From assembly GCA_963706025.1 (NCBI GenBank), contig CAVPLM010000003.1, forward strand, positions 1 through 64,000: a DNA stretch of 64,000 nucleotides, read 5' to 3'. Under the pieces are notes generated by a model, which had not been told where the DNA came from, ran no database searches, and saw only the letters and a program-made list of their open reading frames with translations. This document shows, in pieces, positions 19,708 through 30,132 of the stretch; the stretch's first letter is position 1; each line of letters starts with the position of its first letter. This DNA comes from an uncultured Actinomycetes bacterium. Lineage in GTDB: Bacteria; Actinomycetota; Thermoleophilia; RBG-16-64-13. The position numbers and the translations under genes are program-made.

Positions 19708-20526
19708 CTATATCAAAGATAGAAAGATCACGAACAAGCCAAGCGCCATCGTGTAGATCGCGAACATCCGGAACCGGTGGTTCTTCAGATAGCGCATCAC
19801 AAAGTATATGGCGACGAACCCCGATATTCCTGCCGCTATTGCCCCAATCAAGTAGGCAAGTCCGTCGCCGCCGGTCATCGCTCCACCTATGTCCTTGACT
19901 TTGAACAAGAAGGCACCCAAGATCACTGGGATGCTCAGCAAGAACGAGAAGTGCGCTGCCGATGCCCGATCGAAACCCAGGAACACACCGGCCGACATGG
20001 TCGCGCCCGATCGGCTGAGACCGGGAGCGATCGCCAGGGCCTGAAAGCAGCCGACCACCAGGGCATCCGCCCCCCGGAGCTTGTCCATCCCTGCCGGCTC
20101 CCGGTTGACTCGTCCCAGGGCAAAGTCCGCGCCCCATAGCAGCATACTGGTCACTACCATGAACACGCCCACCGCGAGAGTGCTGGAGAACAATCCCTCG
20201 AAGAAATCGGCCAGCAGAAACCCGGCGAAAGCGGCCGGGACGGAGCCGATCACCAGCCAGAGGATCAAACGCCTCCAGTGTTTCACCTCCTGCCGGCTCA
20301 TGCGGGCGGGAGTCACCACCGAGGCCACCATCTTGGAGACGTCGCGGATGAAGTACCCGACGACCGCCACGAGGGTGGCCAGGTGCACGAGGACATCGAA
20401 GGCCACGGTGGGGGCGGGGATATTGAAGAACTCGGGTACAAGCACCAGGTGACCGGAGCTCGACACGGGTAGGAACTCCGTGAACCCCTGCACTACCCCG
20501 AGTATAAGAGCATCAAGGACGGTCAA
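19708..20526 (-). CDS. uppP: undecaprenyl-diphosphate phosphatase
   Basis: QGFTEFLPVSSSGH and PGLSRSGAT signatures. Confidence 0.96.
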   Translation of the reverse strand: MTVLDALILGVVQGFTEFLPVSSSGHLVLVPEFFNIPAPTVAFDVLVHLATLVAVVGYFIRDVSKMVASVVTPARMSRQEVKHWRRLILWLVIGSVPAAFAGFLLADFFEGLFSSTLAVGVFMVVTSMLLWGADFALGRVNREPAGMDKLRGADALVVGCFQALAIAPGLSRSGATMSAGVFLGFDRASAAHFSFLLSIPVILGAFLFKVKDIGGAMTGGDGLAYLIGAIAAGISGFVAIYFVMRYLKNHRFRMFAIYTMALGLFVIFLSLI

Positions 20527-20578
20527 ACCCTGGCCCGTTCCCTTTCCCCGCCGGACACACCGGCGAGCAGAATATCAT

Positions 20579-21220
20579 TTAGAAAGGTAGGAGCCTTCTG
20601 CGGGAGAGGTAGCCCGCCCCCAGACGCACGGCACCGACAGCCACCGCCGTCTTGAGTAGGTCACCGAGAAGGAAGGGGACGGCGCCCACCGCCGCGGCCC
20701 GGCTCAGACCACCCCCGGTGAACAAGGAGAGCCAGGGCACGCCGATGCAGTAGATCGCCGCACCGGCCAGCAACGCTCCCGCGGTCAGGACCGCGATGCC
20801 GCGGATAGATGTGGCCCTGCCGGCCGAGCTGCCGCGGCCGGAGAGGCCCGTCTTGACGCGCCGAGCAGCGAGGCCCATGAGCAAGGCCGCCGGCAAGAAG
20901 CCCACCAGATAACCACCAGTGGGTCCCAACAGTACGGCCAATCCTCCCAAGCCGTTGTGAAAGACGGGAGCACCCAGGGCGCCGGCAAGTAGGTACGCGG
21001 CGACAGTCGACACGCCCAGGGTGGGGCCAAGAAGCCCGCCCACCAGGAGCACAGCCAGGGTCTGCATGGTGAGGGGGACGGGGTAGAACGGCACCGACAG
21101 CCAGGCTCCGGCGGTCAGGGCCCCCACGCCGGCCATCAGGAGCCCGGCCGCGAGGAGGGCTCGGGGCGCGTCTGTCCGCACCGTACGCTCGTCCGCACTG
21201 ATCGTCAGGTTCGCTCTCAT
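20579..21220 (-). CDS. bioY: biotin ECF S-component BioY
   Basis: PVPLTMQT, GAPVF, GPTGGYLVGF and PFLLGDLLK. Confidence 0.95.
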   Translation of the reverse strand: MRANLTISADERTVRTDAPRALLAAGLLMAGVGALTAGAWLSVPFYPVPLTMQTLAVLLVGGLLGPTLGVSTVAAYLLAGALGAPVFHNGLGGLAVLLGPTGGYLVGFLPAALLMGLAARRVKTGLSGRGSSAGRATSIRGIAVLTAGALLAGAAIYCIGVPWLSLFTGGGLSRAAAVGAVPFLLGDLLKTAVAVGAVRLGAGYLSRRRLLPF

Positions 21221-21252
21221 ACTCGCCTCCTCTAGTCTGGGCCGGCCCCCGC

Positions 21253-21306
21253 AGTCTACCCAGTCGCGGCCCGGGCTGTCAACACTGCGCCAGTCATAGG
21301 TTTACA
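21253..21306 (-). promoter_or_regulatory. bioY promoter with overlapping BirA operator
   Basis: Minus strand TGTAAAC-N16-GTTGACA (21306-21277) matches the BirA operator palindrome. Its second arm contains the -35 TTGACA, 18 nt before the -10 TAGACT (21258-21253). Confidence 0.85.
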
Positions 21307-22621
21307 GGCCGGCGCGCGTCTCCGCGCTGGACCTCATATCACCCGCACTCCTGACGGTAACGTCGCCGGCGAAGACCTCGAGCACCTGCCCGGATGCCTG
21401 CCGCACCAGGAGTTGCCCCTCCGGCCCTATCCCCACGGCCTCGCCGACCACAGCCGGCTCCCGCGGACCTGTTGCCTTGACGACCTCCACGGGGCGTCCG
21501 GCCAAGGCGTCTCGTCTCCGCAGTTGGTCCAAAACCTCGGCCTGGCTCGGGCTCTGGCTTCCCAGGGCCGCCCAGCGCACGCCCAGCCGGTCGAGCAGAG
21601 CGGCCAGTAGGGGGGCACGGGGCACCTCGTGGCCCAGATGTTCCCGGAGCGACACCGGCTGGGGTTTGCCTCCCCAGTCTGCGGCCTGTTCAGGTGTCGC
21701 CGAGGTCATCAATGCCGAGGAAGCGCTGTTCACGTTCAGACCGATGCCCGCCACCGCCCACTGCAGACGATCGGCGTCCATCGACCCCTCGAGAAGGATC
21801 CCGCAGACCTTCCTCTCGCCGAGGAGCACGTCGTTGGGCCACTTGACCGCGACTCCCTCTTTCAGGCCCGGCATCGTCTCCAGGACTTCGGCCACAGCCA
21901 GCGCGGCGGTCAGTGACAGCAGATGCGCCTGCCCAGGCAAGAGAGAGGGACGCAGCAGTATGGAGAAGGTCAGATCCTTTCCCGGCCGGCTCGACCAAGT
22001 ACGGTTCAGACGGCCCCTGCCGCCGGTCTGCGCGTCGGTCACCACGACCGCCCCGGCGGGCGCCCAGGCTGACGACCTCCGGCTTCGGGCCGTCCGACCG
22101 GCCGCGAAGCCGGCCGCGTCGCCTCGCGACGTCATCGCCTCCCTGAGGACGAGATTGGTGGACTCGCACCGCTCCAGATAGAGGTAGGGGAGACCCGCGT
22201 AGGGGAGACCGGCTCTAAGGAGACCGTTCTGGGGCGGGCCGGCTTCGGACAGGTCGGCGACCGCGCTCTTTTCGCGCCGCGTCGACCCCAGCAGGAACGG
22301 CAACACCGCCTCGGCCGCCACCAGGTCGGTGAACGGAGACTCGAGGCGGTAGCCTTTGCCCGGAGCGGAGGTGACGGAAAAACCAAGCGCTTGTAGGTGC
22401 TGCATGTGCTTGTGCACCGCTGCTCGCGATAGCCCCATGATCCCAGCCAGCGCCTGGCCGGAGATGACGGCCGGACCAACAGCCTCGCCTTCCTGAGGCG
22501 ACGTCGCGGCCAGCCGGGCGGCCAAGCCGACCCGATGCGCCGTCCCGCTCGAAAGGAGGCCGCCGGCCACGGCTGTTTCTGAACGGCTGTCTAACCGTGT
22601 GAGATCGAGATCCAGGTTCAC
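21302..22621 (-). CDS. birA: bifunctional biotin--protein ligase/biotin repressor
   Basis: wHTH (ISGQALA..SRAAVHKH..GKGYRL), ESTN, QTGGRGR, KWPND and KVCGIL. Confidence 0.93.
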   Translation of the reverse strand: MNLDLDLTRLDSRSETAVAGGLLSSGTAHRVGLAARLAATSPQEGEAVGPAVISGQALAGIMGLSRAAVHKHMQHLQALGFSVTSAPGKGYRLESPFTDLVAAEAVLPFLLGSTRREKSAVADLSEAGPPQNGLLRAGLPYAGLPYLYLERCESTNLVLREAMTSRGDAAGFAAGRTARSRRSSAWAPAGAVVVTDAQTGGRGRLNRTWSSRPGKDLTFSILLRPSLLPGQAHLLSLTAALAVAEVLETMPGLKEGVAVKWPNDVLLGERKVCGILLEGSMDADRLQWAVAGIGLNVNSASSALMTSATPEQAADWGGKPQPVSLREHLGHEVPRAPLLAALLDRLGVRWAALGSQSPSQAEVLDQLRRRDALAGRPVEVVKATGPREPAVVGEAVGIGPEGQLLVRQASGQVLEVFAGDVTVRSAGDMRSSAETRAGL

Positions 22622-22787
22622 TCACTCTTGGATAGTGAAGATCATGGGTAGAGACTACCAGGATTCCGACATCCGCCGCAGAAAAGGTTTGCTCGGGGAA
22701 ACCGATGGGAATCACCCGGGAAACCTTTTGGAAGCCGGGTGCATCTGTTATCTTGTAGCACCCTCGAATTCAGGAGTCTGACCTTTC

Positions 22788-24650
22788 TTGGAAGAGCAAA
22801 GAGTCAACCGAAGAGTATCGCGCGGCCGCTGGCGACTGCCCGTTTTCATAACTGTCGGAGCTATCGTCGCCATCGTCGTGCTGGCCATCGTAATAGACGC
22901 CGCCCTCTACTACAACAAAGTGCACGCGGGTGTCAGCGTCTCCGGCGTCAGCCTGGGGGGCCTCACGCCTGACGAGGCCACGGCCGAACTGAACACGATG
23001 GTCGACAAAGCCCAGCAGAGCGGGATCGTTCTGACCAACGGCGATAAGACCTGGATGATCATGCCCACCGACGTCGGCACCGAGATGGATGTGGACGGTG
23101 CCGTTACCGCCGCCATGGACGTGTCCCGAGAGGGCAACTTCTTCACCGACCTGGGCCGGCACCTCAAGCTGTATTTCAACGATGTGGACCTGCCGCTCAA
23201 CGGCGCGGTCGACAGCGCGATGCTGAACGAGGCTATAGCCGACGTAGCTCGGGAGATCGACGTGGCTCCCGTCAACGCCGGCCTGGAGATTCAGGGCACC
23301 CAGATCAAGGTTATCGAGGACCAGACCGGCACCGCCGTCGACCAGGCCACCCTGGCACAGCGGCTGGCGGACGTCCTCGTGACCCTTCACTCTACCGAGA
23401 TGGAGATCCCCACGACTGTCGTGGAGCCGGCGGTCACGGCCGAGGATAACGCGGAAGCGCAGAAGCAGGCCGAGACGATGATCAGCGCTCCCATCGTGCT
23501 CAAGGACGGCGATCAGACCTGGAGCCTGGCGTCCGCGCAGATAGCCTCCTACATGGACTTCAAGTCGGAGATGCAGAGCGGCGTTTCCACTCTGGTCCCG
23601 TACCTGTCGGCCGAAGCGATGAACGCCTTCTTCGACCAGATCCAGGACAAAGTCGCGAAAGAGCCGGTCAGCGCTACTTTCAAGTCCGATGGGGCGAAAG
23701 CCTGGGTGGTCCCCGGTGTCTTGGGCCAAGCGCTCAATCGCGAGAAGACGGCGGAGGCGATCAGCGCAGCCTCCCTGCAGAGTAGCGGCCGGACGGCCGA
23801 GGTCGGCGTGGACACCACCGAGCCCGAGCTCACCACCGAAGAAGCCGAGGCTAGGGGAATCAAGGACCTGCTCGCTAGCTACGCCACCCCGCCTTACTCT
23901 GGGTCTGGTAACCGCCAGGTGAACGTGCGCATCACTACCGAGTATGCCAGCAACGTCATGCTCGCCCCGGGCGAGGTGTACAACTTCGACAAGCAGATCG
24001 GTCCGCGCACCGCCGCCCGGGGATACAAGCTGGCGCCCGGCATCGTCGGCCCCGGCAAGCTCGAAGACGTGTTCGGAGGGGGCATATGCCAGGTTTCGAC
24101 CACGCTTTTCAACGCGGTGTTCTTCGCCGGGCTGGATGTGGTCGAGCGGCACAACCACTCCATCTACATCGACCACTATCCGAAGGGCAGGGACGCTACC
24201 GTGACCGGCGGTGGCAAGAACCTCCGCTTCAAGAACGATACCGCTCACTGGATCTGGATCCGGGGCACCTCTGACGGCGTAACCACGACCTTCAACATCT
24301 ACGGCACCAGCGAGGGCCGCAAAGTCTCGTACAGCGTCAGTGACTTCTACAATGTGACAGGACGCTCCACGGTGACCGTCAACAATCCGGCGCTTCCAAC
24401 GGGTGTCACCAACGTACTCACCGGCGGCCAATCGGGCAAGCAGCTCACGACTGTCCGCGTAGTCAAGCTGCCCGACGGCACCGTGCTGCACAAGGACAAG
24501 TTCATCAGCTACTTCCCCATGGTCCCGCGCCAGGTCGAGGTGGGTACCGGCACGACCACCACGTCCACGACGGTGCCGACGTCGACCACCACCACGACCG
24601 GTCCGCCGAGCTCGACCACCACCACCGGGCCACCTACGACCGAGTTCTAG
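22788..24650 (+). CDS. VanW family protein with peptidoglycan-binding repeats and G5-like tail
   Basis: N-terminal TM anchor, GGGICQVSTTLFNA, ERHNHS, GRDATV, LRFKN; Thr-rich C-terminus. Confidence 0.9.
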   Translation: MEEQRVNRRVSRGRWRLPVFITVGAIVAIVVLAIVIDAALYYNKVHAGVSVSGVSLGGLTPDEATAELNTMVDKAQQSGIVLTNGDKTWMIMPTDVGTEMDVDGAVTAAMDVSREGNFFTDLGRHLKLYFNDVDLPLNGAVDSAMLNEAIADVAREIDVAPVNAGLEIQGTQIKVIEDQTGTAVDQATLAQRLADVLVTLHSTEMEIPTTVVEPAVTAEDNAEAQKQAETMISAPIVLKDGDQTWSLASAQIASYMDFKSEMQSGVSTLVPYLSAEAMNAFFDQIQDKVAKEPVSATFKSDGAKAWVVPGVLGQALNREKTAEAISAASLQSSGRTAEVGVDTTEPELTTEEAEARGIKDLLASYATPPYSGSGNRQVNVRITTEYASNVMLAPGEVYNFDKQIGPRTAARGYKLAPGIVGPGKLEDVFGGGICQVSTTLFNAVFFAGLDVVERHNHSIYIDHYPKGRDATVTGGGKNLRFKNDTAHWIWIRGTSDGVTTTFNIYGTSEGRKVSYSVSDFYNVTGRSTVTVNNPALPTGVTNVLTGGQSGKQLTTVRVVKLPDGTVLHKDKFISYFPMVPRQVEVGTGTTTTSTTVPTSTTTTTGPPSSTTTTGPPTTEF

Positions 24651-24673
24651 ACCGGTTCGGATCTGACGACGAT

Positions 24674-24706
24674 GGGGCGGCGGCCGTCAGGCCGCCGCCC
24701 CGTTTT
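24674..24706 (+). terminator. rho-independent terminator
   Basis: GGGGCGGCGGCC-GTCA-GGCCGCCGCCCC followed by GTTTT. Confidence 0.75.
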
Positions 24707-24745
24707 CCTCAAGCCCGGTGCGCCGCGGGCCGATACTCCCCGTAT

Positions 24746-25342
24746 ATGGCGTACGCAACCACACAGGCGCTTGAAGCGCGGCCGGCCCCCGATGAGGTGA
24801 GGCGCTTGGCCCGGCAGGCCTCCCTGCTGGACACGGCCGCTTTCGGCGATCTCTACCGGCTGTTCTTTCCCCAGGTGCATCAGTACGTGCTGGCGCGCGT
24901 CTCCGGACGCGAAGAGGCCGAGGACCTGACCAACACCGTCTTCGAAAAAGCCCTTGCTGCCATGGGCCGTTACGAGCCGTCACCCGCGCAATTCTCCACC
25001 TGGTTGTACACCATCGCCAGGAACGCGGTGATCGACCATTATCGTAGGCGGCGACTGCCGGTACAGGAGGGGGCGGAAGACGATCTGCACCGCTCTCCCG
25101 ACCCGGCCGGCGATCCTGAAGCCCTCCTGCTGGCGGATGAGCGGCGCCGCCGGCTTCACGAAGCTATCCTGGAACTCACCGACGAGCAGCGACAGGTCGT
25201 CGGCTGCCGCTTCTACTTCAATCTGTCAATCCATGAGGTTGCCCAGGCTACGGGCAAGACCGAGGGCGCCGTCAAAGCCCTCCAATTCCGGGCGCTGCAG
25301 AGACTCCACCGGCGTCTGGCTCCCGACTGGAGCCTTAGCTAG
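24746..25342 (+). CDS. ECF sigma-70 factor
   Basis: AEDL..VF and WLYTIARN..IDHYRR (region 2); GKTEGAVKALQFRA (region 4). Confidence 0.93.
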   Translation: MAYATTQALEARPAPDEVRRLARQASLLDTAAFGDLYRLFFPQVHQYVLARVSGREEAEDLTNTVFEKALAAMGRYEPSPAQFSTWLYTIARNAVIDHYRRRRLPVQEGAEDDLHRSPDPAGDPEALLLADERRRRLHEAILELTDEQRQVVGCRFYFNLSIHEVAQATGKTEGAVKALQFRALQRLHRRLAPDWSLS

Positions 25343-25887
25343 ACCGACGTGTAGTAGGCCCCCCCGGCGCAGGCGCGACACAGAATCTCGCCGTCCCGCG
25401 TCACCTCACGCCCATCCTGGACCTTCTCGCCGCAGCGCGCGCACTCGACGGTGCGGATCGGACGTCCGGGCAGGTCTTCGGCCGGTATGGTGACCCCCAC
25501 GGGCGTGCACGTGAAAAGCTGCTCATCGCTCCAGCCGTTCCAATAGACAAGGGGTTCTTGGTCCCGCCCAGCATGCGGCACCTCGGGGCGAGGGGCCAGC
25601 CTAAGCGCTCGGCCGGTGGCTAGATCCACGAAGGTGGCAGCCATCTTGCCGTAGTCCACCCACTTGAGGCGTCGCCGCCCAAGGGTGACGCCGGCCACCA
25701 CGCCCACCGCATCGCTGGCGCAGCGATCCATCTCCACATAGACCACAAGATCTCTATACGAATGAGGATCGTCTATGCCCAGAGCCCGGCAGCCATATCG
25801 GGCCATGCGCACGCCCATGACCATGCCGTGGCAGAGGTGCCCGTGATAGGCCCGAGCGGCTGCGAGGTCTTCTTCGAGCGATCTCAT
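25339..25887 (-). CDS. FmdE family protein with C-terminal zinc finger
   Basis: YHGHLCHGMVMG, EMDRCASDAV, DYGKMAATF, CARC..CRAC; GAGGAGG RBS. Confidence 0.9.
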   Translation of the reverse strand: MRSLEEDLAAARAYHGHLCHGMVMGVRMARYGCRALGIDDPHSYRDLVVYVEMDRCASDAVGVVAGVTLGRRRLKWVDYGKMAATFVDLATGRALRLAPRPEVPHAGRDQEPLVYWNGWSDEQLFTCTPVGVTIPAEDLPGRPIRTVECARCGEKVQDGREVTRDGEILCRACAGGAYYTSV

Positions 25888-26070
25888 GAACCGGGGACTC
25901 CGACGCCTCCTCTGATTCGGCCGTGATCCGAGGGGGAGTATAACGGCAGGCGAGTGCCCGTTCAAGTCCGGTCGCCGGGATCTCAGTGATATCTTTGAAC
26001 TCGAAAAACAGGGTGCATAAGAAGCAAGACGCCCTTTGGAGACAACGTATCTCGAGCGGGGGGTGGCACG

Positions 26071-27096
26071 GTGAAGAAGATCGACTTCGAGACCCATTTC
26101 GCAACTCAGGGTTGGGTGGACGCGCTGTACGCCAATCCGGGCTATCCCCGCTTCCAGCACGATCCCCAGACCAAGAACCGTCGTCTCTTCTACAGGCCGG
26201 AGGGAGGCGAGCCATACGGTGACGTCCTGCTGGAGAAGCTCCTCGAGCTGGGCAAGCCGCGCCTCAAGGCCATGGACGCCGCGGGCGTGGACATAGCTGT
26301 CATCTCTCTGACCTCCCCAGGCGTGGAACAGTTCGACACCCCTTTGAGCATCAGACTCGCCCGGGAGGCCAACGATGCCCTGGCCCACGCGGTGGCACAG
26401 TATCCGGACCGTTATCGGGGCTACGCCGCCTTACCGGTCCACGACGTGGATGAGGCTGTGGGTGAACTGGAGCGAGTTGTCAGAGAACTGGGGCTGATCG
26501 GCTGGAAGACGCATTCGAACTTCGGCGACTCCTACCTCGACGAGAAGCAGTACTGGCCGATCCTGGCCAAGGCTGAAGAACTGGACACGCCCATCTATCT
26601 CCATCCGGCCGTGCCCAAGATCGCGGAGCTGCGGACCTACGGCGTGGCTCTTTCCGGCCCGCCTTTCGGATTCTGCGTCGAGACGGCTCTAGCCATGGTG
26701 CGCCTGGTGCTGAGCGGCGCCTTCGACGCATTCCCGAAGCTGAAGCTGGTCGTGGGCCATTACGGCGAATTCCTGCCGTTCCTCATGCACCGGATAGACT
26801 GGGCGTACGTGACTCCGCACGTGGTGTCGGATGTAGGCGCCACCCCGCCGCTCAAGCGCAAACCGAGCGACTACCTGCGAGACAACATGTGGGTTTCGAC
26901 CAGCGGCAACTACCTTCCGGCAGCCTTCAAGTGCACGCGCGAAGCCCTCGGCATGGACCGGATCCTGCTCGGGACCGACCACCCTTATGACAGCATGACC
27001 GCCTGTCTGGGCTTCTTGGACGGCCTCGACCTGACCGACGAGGAAGAGGCCCTCCTCTACAACAAGAACGCGGCTGCGCTGGGAGTAACCGTCTGA
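26071..27096 (+). CDS. amidohydrolase_2 family protein (aromatic acid decarboxylase/ACMSD-like)
   Basis: IDFETH, IYLHP, GHYGEFLP, STSG and LGTDHPY. Confidence 0.88.
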   Translation: MKKIDFETHFATQGWVDALYANPGYPRFQHDPQTKNRRLFYRPEGGEPYGDVLLEKLLELGKPRLKAMDAAGVDIAVISLTSPGVEQFDTPLSIRLAREANDALAHAVAQYPDRYRGYAALPVHDVDEAVGELERVVRELGLIGWKTHSNFGDSYLDEKQYWPILAKAEELDTPIYLHPAVPKIAELRTYGVALSGPPFGFCVETALAMVRLVLSGAFDAFPKLKLVVGHYGEFLPFLMHRIDWAYVTPHVVSDVGATPPLKRKPSDYLRDNMWVSTSGNYLPAAFKCTREALGMDRILLGTDHPYDSMTACLGFLDGLDLTDEEEALLYNKNAAALGVTV

Positions 27097-27155
27097 TCCA
27101 GGATGCCGCGCCCGGGCTTCGGCAGGGCGGGCCGCCGCATACGGGTTCAGCCGGG

Positions 27156-27536
27156 TCAGGCCTCGGGGGGAGGCTCTGTCGGCAGTTCTCCCGGCTCAGG
27201 ATCCTCCCAGTCGGAGAAGTGCTGCTCGAAGACCCGCTGCAAAGCCTCGTCGGCCGCGACCGCCAGTGCCCGATACCGTCCCACCAGGTCCCGAGCCTCA
27301 GGCGTGAGATGAGAGCCGCCACCGAGACTGCCGCCCACGCTCCGGTCGAGCAGGGCGAATCCCAGCCGTTGCTCGGCTGCATGCAGGATGCGCCAGGCCT
27401 TGTTGTACGACATGCCCAATTCTGTGGCGGCTTTGCGCAGGGATCCCGTCCGCTCCACCCCGTCGAGCAGCCGGGCCGGGCCGTCTCCGAAGGCCCTGCC
27501 CCGATACTCAAGCCAGATCTTGTAAGCCAGACGCAT
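27156..27536 (-). CDS. modE: ModE-family winged-helix regulator (DNA-binding domain only)
   Basis: KIWLE..FGDG..LL..GSL..AA..GMSY.KAW..GG..GGGS.LT; no TOBE domains. Confidence 0.85.
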   Translation of the reverse strand: MRLAYKIWLEYRGRAFGDGPARLLDGVERTGSLRKAATELGMSYNKAWRILHAAEQRLGFALLDRSVGGSLGGGSHLTPEARDLVGRYRALAVAADEALQRVFEQHFSDWEDPEPGELPTEPPPEA

Positions 27537-27552
27537 GATGGAACCTGTCGCC

Positions 27553-28206
27553 TCAGGCCGGCGGGGGAGCGTCCGCTGGGGAGTTTTCCGGCCCCGTCTG
27601 CGCCGGGCTGCCTTCAGTCGGGGGGGATGCGCCCGTCGGCGGCGGGGCTGCCGGCGGGGGGGTGCTGATCGGCGGGGTATCGGGCCGCATCTCTGCCGCC
27701 GCCCCAGAAGGAGTCGCCGGCGACAGATAGGTCTCGGTGCCGCAATACGGGCAGCGTACCAGCCCCTTGCCGGCCAGTTGCAGTTGTCCTCCACAGTTCG
27801 GGCAAGTGCCGTCCTTGATCTGTGCCGCTTCGGCCGAGACCAGTTCACCCCGGTCCCAGTTCACGTAGCCCCGGAACAGGTCCTTGCCGATCAGGTCGTA
27901 GATGTAGTCCCGCACCTGATCGCGGTTCAGATCGCCCTCGATGGCCAGATCGGCCACGCTCACCCGTCCTCTGGTCATGACCGAGTTGAGGATGGCCCGT
28001 TCCTTGTCGGCCTTGCTCTCGGCTTTGATCTCGCCTCGCGAGGACATGAGCAGATAGATCCCCACGGCCAGGAACGGCAGCGAGAAGAGCACGAAACCCA
28101 ACGCCACCCCGGTGCCCCGTGAGCCGCTGGCCAGGCCGGCAGCCAGCCAGGCATCGATGCCCAGGCTGACGACGATCAGCACGATCCCGATAATCCTGGT
28201 CCGCAT
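27553..28206 (-). CDS. two-TM protein with winged-helix-like region and zinc ribbon
   Basis: Two N-terminal TMs, central helical domain, CPNC..CPYC, Pro-rich tail. Confidence 0.75.
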   Translation of the reverse strand: MRTRIIGIVLIVVSLGIDAWLAAGLASGSRGTGVALGFVLFSLPFLAVGIYLLMSSRGEIKAESKADKERAILNSVMTRGRVSVADLAIEGDLNRDQVRDYIYDLIGKDLFRGYVNWDRGELVSAEAAQIKDGTCPNCGGQLQLAGKGLVRCPYCGTETYLSPATPSGAAAEMRPDTPPISTPPPAAPPPTGASPPTEGSPAQTGPENSPADAPPPA

Positions 28207-28224
28207 CGCGTCCCTCCTGGTCGA

Positions 28225-30132
28225 CTACCCTGCGCTGAACCCTCCGCCGCCGCCTCCGCCGGAGAAGCCACCCCCGAAGCCGCCGCCGCCTCCGCCGAAC
28301 GCGCCCCGGCCCGAGCCGCTGCTCGAAGGAGCCGAGGTGAGCACGCTGGACATGTTGTTGAGGCTGCCGAACAGGCCGTCGGAGATGGTGTCAAGGCTGA
28401 AGCCGCCCCCGGGCATCGCCGGACCGCCGACTCCGCCGCCCCGGGCCAGTTCTCCGCCCAGGCCCCCGCCCAGACCACCGGTGTCACCGGGGCCGGAACC
28501 GATGGGTATCGGGATCCATACCGGGTGATACCAGACCGGCGGGGGAACGCTCAGACCCTCGAAGCGCCGCACCCAGTCCTTTTCCACCCCGAAAGCGATG
28601 GCATAGGGCAGGTACTTCTCGAAGCTCTCTTGGCCGCCTCCATGTCTTGGAACCGGGTGAGGTCCTGCAGGTAGTTGCGGAAGGCCTCCCACTTGCGCTG
28701 CTCCTGCGCTCCTTTGGCCGTGCGACGCGGCATGCGTGGGCCGAACGCCCATACGATGATCACCGAGACGATCGACCCGAACATGAACCAGCCCCAGCCG
28801 GGGACATCGGTGAGGGCCATGATCACGGTCAGGCCCCCGAGCACCACAGCCACCAGAAAACCGTAGCCCAGCCAGCGCGACCGCACCGTCTTCGGATTCT
28901 GGTGGAAGAGCCCGGCTTTGGTGGTTTCGTGTGTATACCTCCTCCACGATCGGTCCGACGTGGGTGTAGAAGTGGTTCTTGAGCTCAGTGGTCGTGACCT
29001 GGTCGGGATGGGCCGAGTCGAAGAGCGAGTGGGCCACCGTCTTCTCGAAGCCCTGGAGATCGTCCAGGGGCTTCCGCCGCGTGAAGATGGTGACCGGCTT
29101 GCTGAAGGCGCTGTCTTTCTCCGTGTCGGTGATCTCCAGGTAGCCCCGCCGGGCCAGATCGACGATGGTGGCGATGACCTCCTTGGTATCGACCTTCTCG
29201 TCGATCAGCGCCCCCACCAGTCCAGGCGAGAGATCGGACGGCGGTTCGCTCACGTACTTGGCGTAGGCGGCCGCCGGCTCGTCGCGGCCGCGGCGCCGCC
29301 ACAGAAGGAACATGGCCAGGAAGGCGACGATGGGCAGCAGGAAGCCGACCTTGGGGACGATGAAGGCGGCCACCCGGCGCGCCGTCCAGGTGAACTCGAC
29401 CACGCCTTTGGGGAAGCCGGTCACGATCCAGAAATTGGTGTAGGGAGGAAGGTCCGAGCCTTCGTACACCATGGTCGACGGACCCGGTGAGTAGACGTTG
29501 GTCTCCACCCCGAGGCCTGATTGGACGGCCTGGGTCATGTCTTCGGACGGCACTGAGCCCGGTAGCTTGACCGTGGCCCGCACCGCTTGAATGGGCACCG
29601 GCGTCTCGGCATCGAACACATACCAGCGCAGCTCGTCGCCTTGGTCGAAGAACATGATCACGGACTTGGCCCGATAGTGGAACGTCCAGGTGGCCGACGT
29701 GTCGGCGAGGGCGAAGTTGACGACGATGATCAACCGGCCGTTCTCGACGATGGTGTTCCAGGTCCCGGGACCCTCACCCTCCGGAAGGGGATTGCCGTTG
29801 CCGTCGTACACCGCGATATCAGTAAGTCCGTCCGTGTTCTGAGTGGGGATCATGCGGCCCACGTAGCTGAAACTGCCCTCGAAATTGAAGGTGACCGTTT
29901 CGTCGACGACGACGTCCCCGTTGTCCTGGACTTGGAGGACGACGTCCATGTTGTCGATGCGCCAGTCTTTCGCCTGGGCTTGCGCGGCCGGCCCGGCCAG
30001 CAGGACGACACTCGCGCACGCGAGCGCCACTGCGACGAGGAGCCACACGCGAGGGACGCCACGGGGGCGCGGCGCGCGCAGCCGCCGCCCCCTAGACTCA
30101 AGGGCCCCGAACAAGTGCCGGCCTGCTATCAC
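28225..30132 (-). CDS. DUF2207 family membrane protein (two compensating frameshifts near 28925 and 28630)
   Basis: Signal peptide, ATIVDLARRGYL, FEKYLPYAIAFGV and Gly-rich tail. The TM pair and KWEAFRNYL segment lie in alternate-frame ORF 28551-28886. Confidence 0.88.
   Translation of the reverse strand: MIAGRHLFGALESRGRRLRAPRPRGVPRVWLLVAVALACASVVLLAGPAAQAQAKDWRIDNMDVVLQVQDNGDVVVDETVTFNFEGSFSYVGRMIPTQNTDGLTDIAVYDGNGNPLPEGEGPGTWNTIVENGRLIIVVNFALADTSATWTFHYRAKSVIMFFDQGDELRWYVFDAETPVPIQAVRATVKLPGSVPSEDMTQAVQSGLGVETNVYSPGPSTMVYEGSDLPPYTNFWIVTGFPKGVVEFTWTARRVAAFIVPKVGFLLPIVAFLAMFLLWRRRGRDEPAAAYAKYVSEPPSDLSPGLVGALIDEKVDTKEVIATIVDLARRGYLEITDTEKDSAFSKPVTIFTRRKPLDDLQGFEKTVAHSLFDSAHPDQVTTTELKNHFYTHVGPIVEEVYTRNHQSRALPPESEDGAVALAGLRFSGGCGARGPDRDHGPHRCPRLGLVHVRVDRLGDHRMGVRPTHAASHGQRSAGAAQVGGLPQLPAGPHPVPRHGGGQESFEKYLPYAIAFGVEKDWVRRFEGLSVPPPVWYHPVWIPIPIGSGPGDTGGLGGGLGGELARGGGVGGPAMPGGGFSLDTISDGLFGSLNNMSSVLTSAPSSSGSGRGAFGGGGGGFGGGFSGGGGGGGFSAG

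Noticed and set aside
25953-25981. GTTCAAGTCCGGTCGCCGGGA looks like a tRNA 3' remnant
   Set aside because: The T stem is mismatched and there is no integrase or partner repeat nearby.
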